DNA from: an uncultured SAR86 cluster bacterium
GTDB lineage: Bacteria; Pseudomonadota; Gammaproteobacteria; Magnimaribacterales; AG-339-G14
NCBI GenBank assembly: GCA_902566305.1
Contig: CACFIK010000005.1
Location: 10,779 to 74,778 of the forward strand
Direction: 5' to 3'
DNA length: 64,000 nucleotides
In this document: positions 17,689 through 29,200 of the stretch, one piece after another
Position numbering within the stretch: the stretch's first letter is position 1
How the letters are laid out: the number at the start of each line of letters is the position of its first letter
Program-made: the position numbers and the translations under genes
Notes under the pieces: generated by a model
The model's database searches: none
What the model was told of the DNA's origin: nothing
What the model saw: only the letters and a program-made list of their open reading frames with translations

Positions 17689-17706
17689 TAATTCATACTA
17701 ATTTCT

Positions 17707-19299
17707 ATGCATCAATCCGATAAAGACTGGTGGAGAAACGCAGTAATTTATCAGATATACCCAAGATCTTTTCTTGATTCAAACAAAGATGGGATTGGGG
17801 ATATTAAAGGGATAATTTCAAAAATAGACTATTTGAAATCTCTTGAAGTTGACGTTATTTGGCTTTCTCCAGTTTTTAAATCGCCTATGAATGATATGGG
17901 CTACGACGTATCTGATTATTTTGATATCGATCCTTTGTTTGGAAACATGGATGACTTCGAAGAATTAATGAATATTTGTCATAAAAATGGATTGAAATTA
18001 ATTATAGATCAGGTTTATTCGCATACTTCAGACGAGCATCCATTTTTTAAACAAAGCAAAAAGGATAAAGAAAATGATAAGACCGATTGGTACGTTTGGG
18101 CTGATCCAAAAGAAGACGGCGGCCCACCAAATAATTGGCTATCTGTCTTCGGTGGATCAGCTTGGGAGTGGTCATCTATAAGAAGGCAGTATTATCTACA
18201 TAATTTCTTGAAGTCTCAGCCAGATTTAAATTTTCACAACATTGATGTACAAAATTGGGTTTTATCTATTGCTGATTTCTGGTTAAAAAAAGGCGTGGAT
18301 GGCTTTAGACTCGACGTGGCAAACTATTATTTTCACGATCCCAAATTAAGAGACAATCCTTCAAGAAAAAATTTAAAAATCCCTTTTGCAAATCCATACG
18401 GAATGCAAGACCATAAATATTCTATAAATCAAAAAGAAAATTTTACTTTTTTGAAAAAGCTACGAAAAGTTTCTGAGAAATACAAAAACTCAATCCTTTT
18501 AGGTGAGATAGATAATAAAGATCTACAAATTAAATATACCGAAGGCGGTGATAAGCTCCATTTAGCCTATAGCTTTGAGTTACTCCGAAAAGAATTATCC
18601 ACTGACTCCATACAAAATAGTATTGATTACTTTTATTCATCAACGAAAGACGGATGGCCCTGTTGGAGTTTTTCAAACCACGATGTGAAGAGACATATTT
18701 CTAGGTGGTCTAGAGATAAAAGTAATCTTGATGATCTTGCAAAGATATCTTGTGCTTTGCTTCTATCCTTAAAGGGTACAGTTTGTATATATCAGGGGGA
18801 AGAGTTAGGACAAACGGAGACTAAACTAGAATTTGAGGAACTCACTGATCCCCCTGGAATAAAATTCTGGCCAGAAGAAGCAGGTCGCGATGGATGCAGA
18901 ACACCTATGGTTTGGAACTCGCAAAAATTAAATGCTGGTTTTTCAGAGGTTAAACCTTGGTTGCCTGTAAAAAAAGAGCAGAAACAAAAATCTCTCGACC
19001 TTCAAGAAGATAAAAATGATTCTGTCCTGAGCTTTTATAAAGAGATGATCAAGACTAGAAAAAAACACTTTGGGAGGGAAATTTACGATATCGACTTCAT
19101 CTCATCAAGCGATCTTCTTATTTTCTCTAGAGGAAGTTCTAAAAAAATTATTTGTATTTTTAACTTGGATAATGAAACGAAAACAATTGAAAAAAATAAT
19201 TATCAATACGATTCAACTTTCCCATCAAATAATTTATCCACAAAGAAAGATTATTTTGTATTCCAACCATACGGATTTGGGTTTTTCAATTTAAGATAA
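17707..19299 (+). CDS. GH13 alpha-glucosidase / oligo-1,6-glucosidase
   Basis: 530 aa. WWRNAVIYQIYPRSF N-terminus and conserved GH13 regions DQVYSHTS, GFRLDVANY, GEIDN, FSNHD. Confidence 0.9.
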   Translation: MHQSDKDWWRNAVIYQIYPRSFLDSNKDGIGDIKGIISKIDYLKSLEVDVIWLSPVFKSPMNDMGYDVSDYFDIDPLFGNMDDFEELMNICHKNGLKLIIDQVYSHTSDEHPFFKQSKKDKENDKTDWYVWADPKEDGGPPNNWLSVFGGSAWEWSSIRRQYYLHNFLKSQPDLNFHNIDVQNWVLSIADFWLKKGVDGFRLDVANYYFHDPKLRDNPSRKNLKIPFANPYGMQDHKYSINQKENFTFLKKLRKVSEKYKNSILLGEIDNKDLQIKYTEGGDKLHLAYSFELLRKELSTDSIQNSIDYFYSSTKDGWPCWSFSNHDVKRHISRWSRDKSNLDDLAKISCALLLSLKGTVCIYQGEELGQTETKLEFEELTDPPGIKFWPEEAGRDGCRTPMVWNSQKLNAGFSEVKPWLPVKKEQKQKSLDLQEDKNDSVLSFYKEMIKTRKKHFGREIYDIDFISSSDLLIFSRGSSKKIICIFNLDNETKTIEKNNYQYDSTFPSNNLSTKKDYFVFQPYGFGFFNLR

Positions 19300-19303
19300 A
19301 CCA

Positions 19304-19939
19304 ATGACTAATGAGAAAGAAATAATTTTTTGGGGAGCTGGAACAGCGAGGACTTTTCGCCCTATATGGATGGCAGAAGAATTAGGAATAAGTTATAAGT
19401 TGAATCCTATAGGCCCAAGAACGGGTGAAACTCAAACAAAAGAATTCACCAGCATAAATAGAAAACAAAAAATTCCCCTAATGCAAATAGGAGAGTTTTA
19501 CTTATCGGAGAGTCTAGCAATATGTAAATATTTGCAAAGAGCATTCCCATCAAAAAGATTATTTATCCCAACTTCAGATGAAGAACTAGCCAAAGAAGAC
19601 GAATGGTGTTGCTTTATTTTAAGTGAGATTGATGAAACATCACTTTACGTCATGAGACGACATTATGATTTAAAAGAAATTTATGGTGAATCAAAGACAG
19701 TGACAAATGCATGCAGAGACTACTTAAAAAGACAATTTGATGTAATTGAAGAATATTTGGAAGATAAAAATTATATTATGAAAGAAGGCTTTGGAATTTG
19801 TGATATTTTCTTAATTTCATGTTTAGATTGGGCTATATTTTATGAGTTTGAATTGACTAAAAATTTGACTCAATACAGAGACGATATTATTGATAGGCCA
19901 GCATACAAAAAAGCTATGGATATAAACTATTCTAGATAA
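19304..19939 (+). CDS. Glutathione S-transferase family protein
   Basis: 211 aa. Thioredoxin-like N-domain with the IPLMQ..SESLAICKYL block. Confidence 0.7.
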   Translation: MTNEKEIIFWGAGTARTFRPIWMAEELGISYKLNPIGPRTGETQTKEFTSINRKQKIPLMQIGEFYLSESLAICKYLQRAFPSKRLFIPTSDEELAKEDEWCCFILSEIDETSLYVMRRHYDLKEIYGESKTVTNACRDYLKRQFDVIEEYLEDKNYIMKEGFGICDIFLISCLDWAIFYEFELTKNLTQYRDDIIDRPAYKKAMDINYSR

Positions 19940-19944
19940 AAGAA

Positions 19945-21126
19945 ATGGGACCACTTCAAGGAGTAAAAGTTCTCGATCTTACCAGTATGGTCTCAGGACC
20001 TATGGGAGCAATGATTCTAGCTGATCAAGGTGCAGAGGTAATCAAAGTTGAACCACTAAATGGAGAATTGGTTCGTCACATGGCTGCAGATCATAATGGA
20101 CTTAATCCAGTTTTTTATTCTTGTAATAGAGGTAAAAAGTCAATTGCCTTAGATCTGAAAACAAAGCAAGGCAAAGAGATACTATTTAAACTTGCTTCAG
20201 AGGCAGATGTTTTTATGCAAAATTTTCGTCCAGGCGCTATTGAAAGAATGGGTTTTGGCGAGAAAGACCTAAGAAAGATTAATAAAGATATTATTTATGT
20301 CTCGATAAGTGGGTTTGGCAAGAACGGTCCTTATTCAGCATCAAGAGTTTATGATCCCGTTATTCAAGCTCTCTCCGGTGCAACAGACATACAAGCTGAT
20401 AGAGATACCGGAAGACCCAAGATGTTCAGAATTATCATTGCTGACAAAGTTACCTCACTGACTGCAGCACAGGCAGTATCATCTGCTTTGTATGTAAGAG
20501 AAAAAAAAGGAATTGCTCAACACATCGAGCTCTCGATGTTGGATTGTATGCTTTCTTTTTTCTGGCCTGAAGGAATGGCAGGAATAGTTTTTGCTGAGAA
20601 AGAAACTGATGTTAGGAAATTACAGGGCTCTCAAGATTTAATTTATAAAGCAAAAGACAGATACATAACAGCAGGAGCTGTCTCTGATGCTGAATGGAAG
20701 GGAATGTGCACAGCACTAAACAGGGAAGATCTAATTGAAGACGAAAGATTTTCGACTCCTGCAGGAAGAGTTATCAATTCACAAATAAGAAAAGAAATTA
20801 CTGGGGAAGAAATTGCTAAATGGGAAAGTGAAGAAATCCTAGCCTTATTTCAAAAAGAAGGCGTGCCCTGTGCTCCTTTGCTGGATCGAATGGAGCTTCT
20901 TGAAAATGAACAAATACTAGCTAACGATTCAATTTTAAGAACAGAATATGAATCTTTAGGTGAAGTAAGACAGGCGAGACCTGCAGCTCAATTTACAAAA
21001 ACGCCCAGCGAGATAGTTAGGCCTGCACCAAGACTTGGTGAGCACACAGAAGACATTTTATTCAAAGCAGGCTACAAAAAGAATGAAATCCAAACTTTTT
21101 TAAAAGAAAAAATTGTTAAAACATAA
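19945..21126 (+). CDS. Family III CoA-transferase (CaiB/BaiF type)
   Basis: 393 aa. N-terminal LQGVKVLDLTSMVSGPMGAMILADQGAEVIKVEP block. Confidence 0.85.
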   Translation: MGPLQGVKVLDLTSMVSGPMGAMILADQGAEVIKVEPLNGELVRHMAADHNGLNPVFYSCNRGKKSIALDLKTKQGKEILFKLASEADVFMQNFRPGAIERMGFGEKDLRKINKDIIYVSISGFGKNGPYSASRVYDPVIQALSGATDIQADRDTGRPKMFRIIIADKVTSLTAAQAVSSALYVREKKGIAQHIELSMLDCMLSFFWPEGMAGIVFAEKETDVRKLQGSQDLIYKAKDRYITAGAVSDAEWKGMCTALNREDLIEDERFSTPAGRVINSQIRKEITGEEIAKWESEEILALFQKEGVPCAPLLDRMELLENEQILANDSILRTEYESLGEVRQARPAAQFTKTPSEIVRPAPRLGEHTEDILFKAGYKKNEIQTFLKEKIVKT

Positions 21127-21210
21127 TCTATATAGTCCTTTCATTGCTATGGAAAAAAGATTCATTTATCTAATTAACCCTATAAACTAATCAAACTAAC
21201 AAGAGGATAT

Positions 21211-21630
21211 ATGCACCCGATAGAAAAATGGCACAAACTGATTAAATCAAATGATCCTAATAAATTTGACGAATTATTGGATGAAAATTGTACTTTTTAT
21301 TCCCCCGTTGTTTTCACTCCAATTAAAGGCAGAGAGATGACAAAAATGTATTTAATGGCAGCCGGTGGTGTTTTTGGAGAAGGACCCACAAAAGGAGAAG
21401 AAAGCAAATCTAAGCCTTTTAAATATATTAAAGAAGTAATTGATAAAAATTCAGCAGTCTTAGAATTCGAATCAACAATTGATGGAATTTACATAAATGG
21501 AATTGACTTAGTTTCTTGGAATGATGAGGGAAAAATTACTGAATTCAAAGTAATCGTTAGACCTCTTCAAGCAGTTAATAAGCTTCATGAGCAAATGCAA
21601 AACATGCTTGAACAGATGAAAACTGCATAA
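21211..21630 (+). CDS. NTF2/SnoaL-like small protein
   Basis: 139 aa. Size and pattern are consistent with the SnoaL-like fold. No catalytic assignment possible. Confidence 0.45.
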   Translation: MHPIEKWHKLIKSNDPNKFDELLDENCTFYSPVVFTPIKGREMTKMYLMAAGGVFGEGPTKGEESKSKPFKYIKEVIDKNSAVLEFESTIDGIYINGIDLVSWNDEGKITEFKVIVRPLQAVNKLHEQMQNMLEQMKTA

Positions 21631-21635
21631 CTAAT

Positions 21636-22799
21636 TTGTCACCAAAAGTCTCAATCGTCGGAGCGGGTATTTCTGGCCTAACTGCGGGAATTTGCCTATC
21701 AAAAAAAAATATTCCCTCAGTCATTTATGAAAGAAACTCTGGGATATCAGAGGTCTCTGCTGGGATAAATTTGTCTCCAAACGCTACAAATCTATTACAA
21801 AAAATTGGAGTACTTGAAGATTTAATTTCCCTAGGTCATCAGCCATCTAAAGTGGTTTTTAGAGATCACAAAGGTAAAAAGATCAGCTTTTATAAAGTCA
21901 ATAGGGGCGATGAAAAGTATTTAACTATTAATCGAAAAAGACTAATTGGTTTACTTTATGACAAATATCTAGAGCATGGTGGCGAAGTTATTTTCAATAA
22001 CAAGATTGAGGATTTTAAAAATAAGGATATTACATTTAAAGATAAATCATTCGACGCAGAGTTGATTCTTGGTTGCGATGGAATTAATTCTTCAATACGA
22101 ACAAAAAAATTTGTATCTGTTCCTCCTTTATTTTCAGGATTTATCGCATGGAGAAGCATTAAGGAATTCTCATCTCCATTTGAAAAAAATAACGGAGAAG
22201 ATATAAATTTTTATTTAGGTCCAAACTCACACATCGTTACATATCCAATTGGAGAAAATACCTACAGCGCAACGTGCATCATTAAATCTAGTGATTGGAT
22301 AGAGGAATCTTGGGTATTAGAGGGAACTAAAGATCAGTTTCAATCTGACTTTAAAGATTGGAATAGTGAATTATTAACTTATCTTGCAGATTCTAAGCTT
22401 TACAAATGGGGAATCTTCCAAAGGTCACCTTTAGAAAGCTTTTCGACTAATAATATATTCCTTTTAGGGGACAGTGCTCATGCAATGGTTCCTTTTTTAG
22501 GGCAAGGTTCCTGCTTGGCAATAGAAGATAGTTATTGTCTTGCAGAAATTATAGATAAAAAAGAATTTATCTATGATGCAAAAAAATTATTTGATGATTT
22601 GAGGCTTTCGAGATGCAGAAATATCTATAAAAGATCCCTCAGACAAGCCAAGCTAAATCATATTTCCAATCCATTATTAATTTTTTTAAGAAATAAACTT
22701 TTGAGTTATTTACCTATAGCAAATTTTATGGTTCGAGATATTCATAGCTATGATCTTGATGCAGAGCTAAAAAAATTATCTAGTTACCTGGAACCTTGA
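21636..22799 (+). CDS. FAD-dependent aromatic-ring monooxygenase (salicylate hydroxylase-like)
   Basis: 387 aa, TTG start. Dinucleotide fold IVGAGISGLTAG and GD motif LLGDSAHAMVPFLGQG. Confidence 0.8.
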   Translation: MSPKVSIVGAGISGLTAGICLSKKNIPSVIYERNSGISEVSAGINLSPNATNLLQKIGVLEDLISLGHQPSKVVFRDHKGKKISFYKVNRGDEKYLTINRKRLIGLLYDKYLEHGGEVIFNNKIEDFKNKDITFKDKSFDAELILGCDGINSSIRTKKFVSVPPLFSGFIAWRSIKEFSSPFEKNNGEDINFYLGPNSHIVTYPIGENTYSATCIIKSSDWIEESWVLEGTKDQFQSDFKDWNSELLTYLADSKLYKWGIFQRSPLESFSTNNIFLLGDSAHAMVPFLGQGSCLAIEDSYCLAEIIDKKEFIYDAKKLFDDLRLSRCRNIYKRSLRQAKLNHISNPLLIFLRNKLLSYLPIANFMVRDIHSYDLDAELKKLSSYLEP

Positions 22800-23563
22800 C
22801 CATCATCTATTTTGATACATGTACCTGTTACACATTCTGATGATGGAGATACCAAGAAAAGTAGGGTCGAATCCATTTGCTCAGGAAGTCCAATCCTCTT
22901 CCGTGGAAAAGCCTGACTAATATCACCAACCCTTTCGATCATGCCATCCATCATTTCGGATGAAAAAGCTCCAGGCGCGATTGCATTGACATTGATATTT
23001 TTTGCAGACCATTCAACTGCCAAAGCCTCTGACATCCTAACAATAGCTCTTTTAGTTATGGAATATAAAGATGCTGCAGACTGTGGTGTTGTGTTGTAGG
23101 CAGCTATTGATGCAATGTTCACCATTCTTCCAGGCATGTTTTTTTCAATTAATCTTTTTGCTACTTCTATCGAGAGCAGATAAGGCCCAGTTAAATTAGT
23201 GCCTATGACATTATCGATTAATTCATCTGATTGTTTTATGGCCCATTGAGCGTCAGGAACCCCAGCATTGTTAATCAAGGTATCGATGGTTCCTAACTCA
23301 GATTCGACTGATTGAACTGCAGCTCTGATGCTTTCTCTATCAACCATATCAATGGGAACAACCGCGCATTCCCCTCCATCATTTTTTATTTCCTCTGCTA
23401 AGGCTTCCAACTTTTCAATCCTTCTAGCAGAAATTGCTACTTTGGCTCCACATTTTGCTAATACTTTTGCAAACCTATATCCCAAACCTGAGGAAGCTCC
23501 TGTAACGAGAGCTACTTGGCCTGATAGGTCAATTGAAAAATTTGGTACCGTATTCTCCATCAT
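22784..23563 (-). CDS. Short-chain dehydrogenase/reductase
   Basis: 259 aa. TGASSGLG cofactor motif and YSITK catalytic motif. 16-nt convergent overlap with the monooxygenase gene. Confidence 0.85.
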   Translation of the reverse strand: MMENTVPNFSIDLSGQVALVTGASSGLGYRFAKVLAKCGAKVAISARRIEKLEALAEEIKNDGGECAVVPIDMVDRESIRAAVQSVESELGTIDTLINNAGVPDAQWAIKQSDELIDNVIGTNLTGPYLLSIEVAKRLIEKNMPGRMVNIASIAAYNTTPQSAASLYSITKRAIVRMSEALAVEWSAKNINVNAIAPGAFSSEMMDGMIERVGDISQAFPRKRIGLPEQMDSTLLFLVSPSSECVTGTCIKIDDGQGSR

Positions 23564-23628
23564 TTACTCCTTTTTTTTCTTTATACTACATTAATTGACA
23601 ATACATAAAGATAGGGGAGAGATCATTT

Positions 23629-24312
23629 ATGCTTTGGGTTAAAACATTATTAGGAATCACCGTTCAAGCTTTATTTCTTGGACTTTTTATTTACTTGCCT
23701 GCATGGACTTGGTATTGGGAAGAAGCAATAACTTGGTTTAGCATTTTTTATTTCATGACGTTTTTTTCATGCATCTATTTGCTGATCTATAAGCCTGAAA
23801 GCTTAGAGGCAAGATTAAATATGCAACCCAGCAGTCAGCCAAGAGAGGATAAAATTGCGACTTCTTTAATGGTTTCTGCTATAGCGATTGGACTAATTTT
23901 TTCTCCTTTAGATGCGTTTCATTTTCAAGTTACACCATCCTTCGAGGGCATTTTAAAAATAACAGGGTTAGGAATTTATATAATAGGTTATCTCTTCATA
24001 CTGGCTTCAATGCTTGCTAATGAATTTGCAGAAATGACAGTAAATATCCAAGACGATAGAGGACAAAAAGTCATTGATACTGGAGTTTATGCTTATGTGC
24101 GACATCCAATGTATACAGGATTTATTTTTTTTATTTTAGGAACAAATCTTTGGTTAGGAACTTACCTTTCATTTGGTATCTCAGTGATAGCTCTGACTGT
24201 AGGTCTTCATTTCAGAATTCGCATAGAGGAAAAAACACTAATAAATGAATTGGACGGCTATCAAGATTATTTAAAAAAGGTAAAATTCAAAGTAATCCCA
24301 TACATCATATGA
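23629..24312 (+). CDS. ICMT/PEMT-like membrane methyltransferase
   Basis: 227 aa, multi-TM. VRHPMYTGF block typical of the isoprenylcysteine carboxyl methyltransferase family. Confidence 0.65.
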   Translation: MLWVKTLLGITVQALFLGLFIYLPAWTWYWEEAITWFSIFYFMTFFSCIYLLIYKPESLEARLNMQPSSQPREDKIATSLMVSAIAIGLIFSPLDAFHFQVTPSFEGILKITGLGIYIIGYLFILASMLANEFAEMTVNIQDDRGQKVIDTGVYAYVRHPMYTGFIFFILGTNLWLGTYLSFGISVIALTVGLHFRIRIEEKTLINELDGYQDYLKKVKFKVIPYII

Positions 24313-26207
24313 TTTCAAAACTAGAACATCCTTTAGAAATGTTATCAACAGAGGAAATTTCTCTGGCATATGAAATATATAAAACATCAGAGGATTATGA
24401 TGAAGCAACTCATTTTAGTCAGATTTCTTTAGTGGAGCCTAGAAAAGAGCTTTTAAAAGATTTTAAACCAGGCGATCCTTTTGAAAGGGAAGTAAAACTT
24501 ATTGGAAGAGATTCAGTTCTCGACGGGGGTTTTGTAGCAACCATCAATCTGTCAAATAAAACTCTTAATGTCGAAAGAGTGTCAAATTCAGCACAAGTTC
24601 AATATACCGTGCAAGATATTTTTACAGCCATGACTCTTCTGAAAGAACATCCAGACTATCAGGCTGCTATGAAAAAAAGAGGCATTACCGATATGGAAAA
24701 GGTGCAAATCGATCCTTGGCCGGCTGGTGGCATTGTTCACGAAAACATCAAACAAGGACATAGGGCCCTTAAAGGCATATCCTTTTTTAAGGAAGATGCT
24801 AGAGATAATCCATATGCAAAACCCATTAACGGAGTAATTGGTCACGTTGATTTAACACTTGGAGAAGTTGTCTGCGTTGAAGATCATGGAGTAGATCCTA
24901 TTCCAGAAGCTAAATCTAATTACGACGCAGCATCACAAACAATCTTGAGAGATGAACCAAAAGAAATAAAAATCACTCAGCCCGATGGAGTTGGTTTCAG
25001 TGTTGATAGAAATAAAATATCTTGGGAAGGTTGGGATGTCAGAGTTTCTCTAACTCCCGATGAAGGAGTAGTGCTCCATGAACTCTCTTTAAATGATAGG
25101 CCGATCTTATTTAGGGCAGCTATGTCAGATATGGTTGTTCCCTATGGGTCTGCTGATCCCATGCACTCATGGAAAGCAGTCCATGACGGGACTGAATATG
25201 GTTTCGGAAGACTGTCAAATTCTCTTACGTTAGGTTGTGATTGTCTTGGGGAGATCCATTATTTCAATTCTAGTGGAATATCTTTTGATGGTTCGGTGGA
25301 AGTTATAGAAAATGCAATTTGCTTGCATGAAGAGGATTATGGGATTCAATGGAAGCATAATGATGGAATGGGGGCGCCTAACGAGGTGCGAAGATCCAGA
25401 AGGCTCGTAATCAGCTCGATTTCAACAATAGGTAACTATGATTACGGTTTATTTTGGTATTTATATTTAGATGGCACCATTGAAGCAGAGGTTAAACTAA
25501 CCGGTATTGTTGGTATCAGCGCTTACAACGAAGATAAACATAACCCCAATCAAGACTTAAGAATCTCAAAGGAATTGGTTTCCCCAGTTCATCAACATCT
25601 TTTCTGCATGCGATTAGACTGGAATTTAGACGGAGGAAATAATCAATTATTTGAGAGCGAAATTGAGTTAATGCCTGATGATGATAACAACCTTCACGGA
25701 ATGCAATTTCAATCTGTTTCTACTCACTTAAAAACTGAACATGAAGCTAAAAGAGATATTTCTCCAGCAACAAGCAGAGTATGGAAAGTAGTTAATCCAC
25801 AGAAAAAAAATGGCATGGGTCTGCCGGTAGCCTATAAATTATTGCCAGGAAATACACCTAAAATGCTTGCACGAGATGATTCTCCGCCAGCTAAAAGAGC
25901 CTCTTTTGGAAAACATAACCTTTGGGGAACGCCTTTTAACAATGCTGAATACGCTGCAGGTGGAGCAAACTCAGTAATGCATTCTGGAGAAGGTGGTCTA
26001 GAAGATATTACTTCTGGGGATAGAGATATTAGTAATTGTGATTTAGTTACTTGGTATACATTTGGAGTAACACACGTTCCAAGACCTGAGGACTGGCCCG
26101 TGATGCCTGTAGAATACTGCGGTTTTCATTTGATACCGGTAGGTTTTTTTGACGAGAACCCAACCATCAATCTACCACCAAATTGCTCAAGTGATAAAAA
26201 TAAATAG
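24309..26207 (+). CDS. Copper-containing (topaquinone) primary amine oxidase
   Basis: 632 aa. TPQ precursor consensus N-Y-D-Y (TIGNYDYG) and copper-ligand His-x-His (VHQHLF). ATGA overlap with the upstream gene. Confidence 0.85.
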   Translation: MISKLEHPLEMLSTEEISLAYEIYKTSEDYDEATHFSQISLVEPRKELLKDFKPGDPFEREVKLIGRDSVLDGGFVATINLSNKTLNVERVSNSAQVQYTVQDIFTAMTLLKEHPDYQAAMKKRGITDMEKVQIDPWPAGGIVHENIKQGHRALKGISFFKEDARDNPYAKPINGVIGHVDLTLGEVVCVEDHGVDPIPEAKSNYDAASQTILRDEPKEIKITQPDGVGFSVDRNKISWEGWDVRVSLTPDEGVVLHELSLNDRPILFRAAMSDMVVPYGSADPMHSWKAVHDGTEYGFGRLSNSLTLGCDCLGEIHYFNSSGISFDGSVEVIENAICLHEEDYGIQWKHNDGMGAPNEVRRSRRLVISSISTIGNYDYGLFWYLYLDGTIEAEVKLTGIVGISAYNEDKHNPNQDLRISKELVSPVHQHLFCMRLDWNLDGGNNQLFESEIELMPDDDNNLHGMQFQSVSTHLKTEHEAKRDISPATSRVWKVVNPQKKNGMGLPVAYKLLPGNTPKMLARDDSPPAKRASFGKHNLWGTPFNNAEYAAGGANSVMHSGEGGLEDITSGDRDISNCDLVTWYTFGVTHVPRPEDWPVMPVEYCGFHLIPVGFFDENPTINLPPNCSSDKNK

Positions 26208-29200
26208 GATAATAAGACCTCATTTTCTTTTTTTTACCTTTTTTTATTCTTTTTTTTCATCAAATGCCTTAGCCGATTCGGAATGTTTTAATCCCAGCAA
26301 TATAAACACAGTAGGCCCTGCCGGCACAGTATGCGCTGAAATGTTGATTGTTAGTAAAGCTATGCTGTTGGAAGCTGAAGAGGTAGGTAATGGATCTGAC
26401 TTTTCAATTTCTTTTGATGGCACGGACTATACTTTTGGTAATTCGGCCAACAATGTTTTCACGGGACAAATAACAGATTTCAATTATATTTTTAAAGATA
26501 AAACTAACTTTAATGCTGATATTGGTTATTGGGATTTAAGAAATGCTCTTAGTACCCGTTTTATGTTTCAAAGAGCATCGTCCTTCAATCAAAATATAAA
26601 TAATTGGAATGTAAGCAATGTAATAAACATGCAAGGTATGTTTCATTATGCAACTTCTTTTAATCAAGATTTAAATTCTTGGGACGTTTCAAAAGTTGAT
26701 AATTTAAGAAGTATTTTTCAATCTGCAAAAGTATTCAATGGAAATATATCCTCATGGAACATATCAAATGTCTGGAATCTTGGATATGCATTTGCATCAG
26801 CAGAAGCGTTTAACTCTGATATATCAAACTGGGACACCTCAAAGGTTACTTACTTTGGAAGGACATTTTTAAGTGCCAAAGAATTTAATCAAGATATAGG
26901 TAATTGGGATGTTTCAAAAGTCAGAGATTTTAGAAGAGCTTTCCAAGGGGCAAGTAAATTTAATCAAGATATAGGTAATTGGGATGTTTCATCTTCTACT
27001 TTACTCGCCAGAATGTTCAAGCATGCCTCATCTTTCAATCAAGATTTAACTTGTTGGAATGTTAAAAATATTTTATCCGAGCCTGCTGCTTTTGGGGGTG
27101 CTTCTAATCTTAGTTCTGAGAATAAACCATATTGGGGCGAAGATCCTTGTTCAAAAAATACAACTTTGGATAACTTAACTGTATCGACAGGAATTCTTTC
27201 GCCAGAATTTGATAAAGATGAGCTTAGTTATTCCATTGACTACAATAATAGTCAAGAGGAAGTGAATTTTTCTTTTTCTAAAAAACATCCAGGAGCAACT
27301 CTAACTGTCAACGATCAGCAGGTACTGAACAACCAATATTCTCATAGCCTAAATGTTGGCCTGAATGAATTTAAAATCAAGATAACTTCAGAAGATACAT
27401 CACTTTCAAAAGAATATACGATTTCTGTAACTCGTGAAGCTGGACCCGATATTGTGTCTCCCGAAATAAAAAGTCTTGAGACATCAGAAGACGGTTCTCA
27501 AATTATTATTGAGGTAAGTGAGCTGCTTAATGAGCAGTCAATACCTCCAACTTCAAACTTTAACGTCGTTGTAGATAACCTCTCTTATGAAGTCACAAAA
27601 ACAATCATTGAGGGTATTAAGATCATTTTATCTGTTTCAAAACCAATAACTCGAGAAGCAATTGAAGCTGATAAAAATGTGGTTTTAACTTATTCAGCTC
27701 CTACAGATAATTCATCAATTAAGGATTTATCAGACAATGAACTGCCATCATTCAAAATCAAACAAGTTGATAACAAATCAACGATTGACAACACACCACC
27801 AGAATTAGTAGATACTAAGCCTTCTGATGACATGCTTAATGTCTCAACTCAATCAATATTAAATTTGACTTTCTCTGAGAATATTAACCTTTCATCAGGC
27901 TCCATAAGACTCTACAAAGGGGATGATCGTAGTAATGAATTGATCAAAACTTTTGAAGCAAGCCCGCCATCAGGAATTCCGACGGAAATTAAGGTTTTTG
28001 AAAATACTGCCGAAATTTACTTATCCGGATATTTAGAGCTTTCGAATAAATATTACTTATTAATTGATTCGGATGTATTTATTGACGACGCTGGAAATAA
28101 ATACTCTGGAATAAATAAGGAAAATCAATTCAACTTTTCAACTCCCTCGGTTTTATTACATCAATATGAAGTAGGAGAAGAAGGAACTTCTGGAACAGCA
28201 AGTATCTCTGGCATCGCTCAATTTTCTGATGGACAGACTGCAGCTGGAGTTATGGTTAATTTATATAATAGCCAAGACGTAATCATAAAAACCTCGATTA
28301 CCGATGATACCGGAAGTTATTTCTTTGATGATCTTTCAGAAGATACATATAAGGTTGAATTTGTTGGGAATTCTGACTCAAAACTCAAGGGGCAGGCTGA
28401 TTCAGGAACTGTAGAAGGGAAATTTGTAACGTCCATAGAGGTTTCCGAAGGAGAGCAAATCTATGGGATTGACGCGGTCTTAATTGATCCTGCGGGCGTT
28501 ATTTATGATTCCATCTCTAGACAACCTATTAAGGGAGCAACTGTAGAGCTTAAGTTCAATGGCAATTTAGTTGATAGCTCTTGGCTAGATTTAAATCTTG
28601 GCGGTCCCAACTCTCAAATCACTGATTCAGATGGACAATATAACTTTATTCTTAATTCAAACGCAGAAAGTGGGAAATATTCAATAAATGTTATTCCAAT
28701 AGATGGATATAAATTCCCAAGTTTATCAATTCCTGCTGAATTAGATGCTTATACTCCTAATTTAGGTGGCGGAATTGAAGAGATTCAGCCTCAGGATGAA
28801 GCTCCAAGCGGCTCAGATCAGACTACTTACTACTTAGATATTAATTTTTCCATCACTAATGAAAGCTCTTCAACTTCAAATGGAATTATCAATAATCATA
28901 TTCCTTTAGATGAAAGCATACCTCCTTTGATTTCAGGTCCTGGTTTAGAGGATGGAACAATAAAAATAAACGAAGGAGATACGCTAGTAGGAAAATTTTC
29001 TTCAAATGAATCTGTGTCATGGAGTTTACGCGGAGAGGATAAAAACTTGCTTAATTTTGATGCTGAATCAGGAGACTTAGTTTTTCAGAATGTTACTGAT
29101 TTTGAAAATCCCAATGATACTGATCTAAATAATGAATATCTTGTGACAATCGCGGCTGTTGATAATTTTGGAAATGAAGCATCCATATCTTTGAAAATAA

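Noticed and set aside
26149-26190. TTG start at 26149 for the giant surface protein.
   Set aside because: It lies well inside the amine oxidase gene. GTG 26191 yields a canonical signal peptide with an AxA cleavage site.
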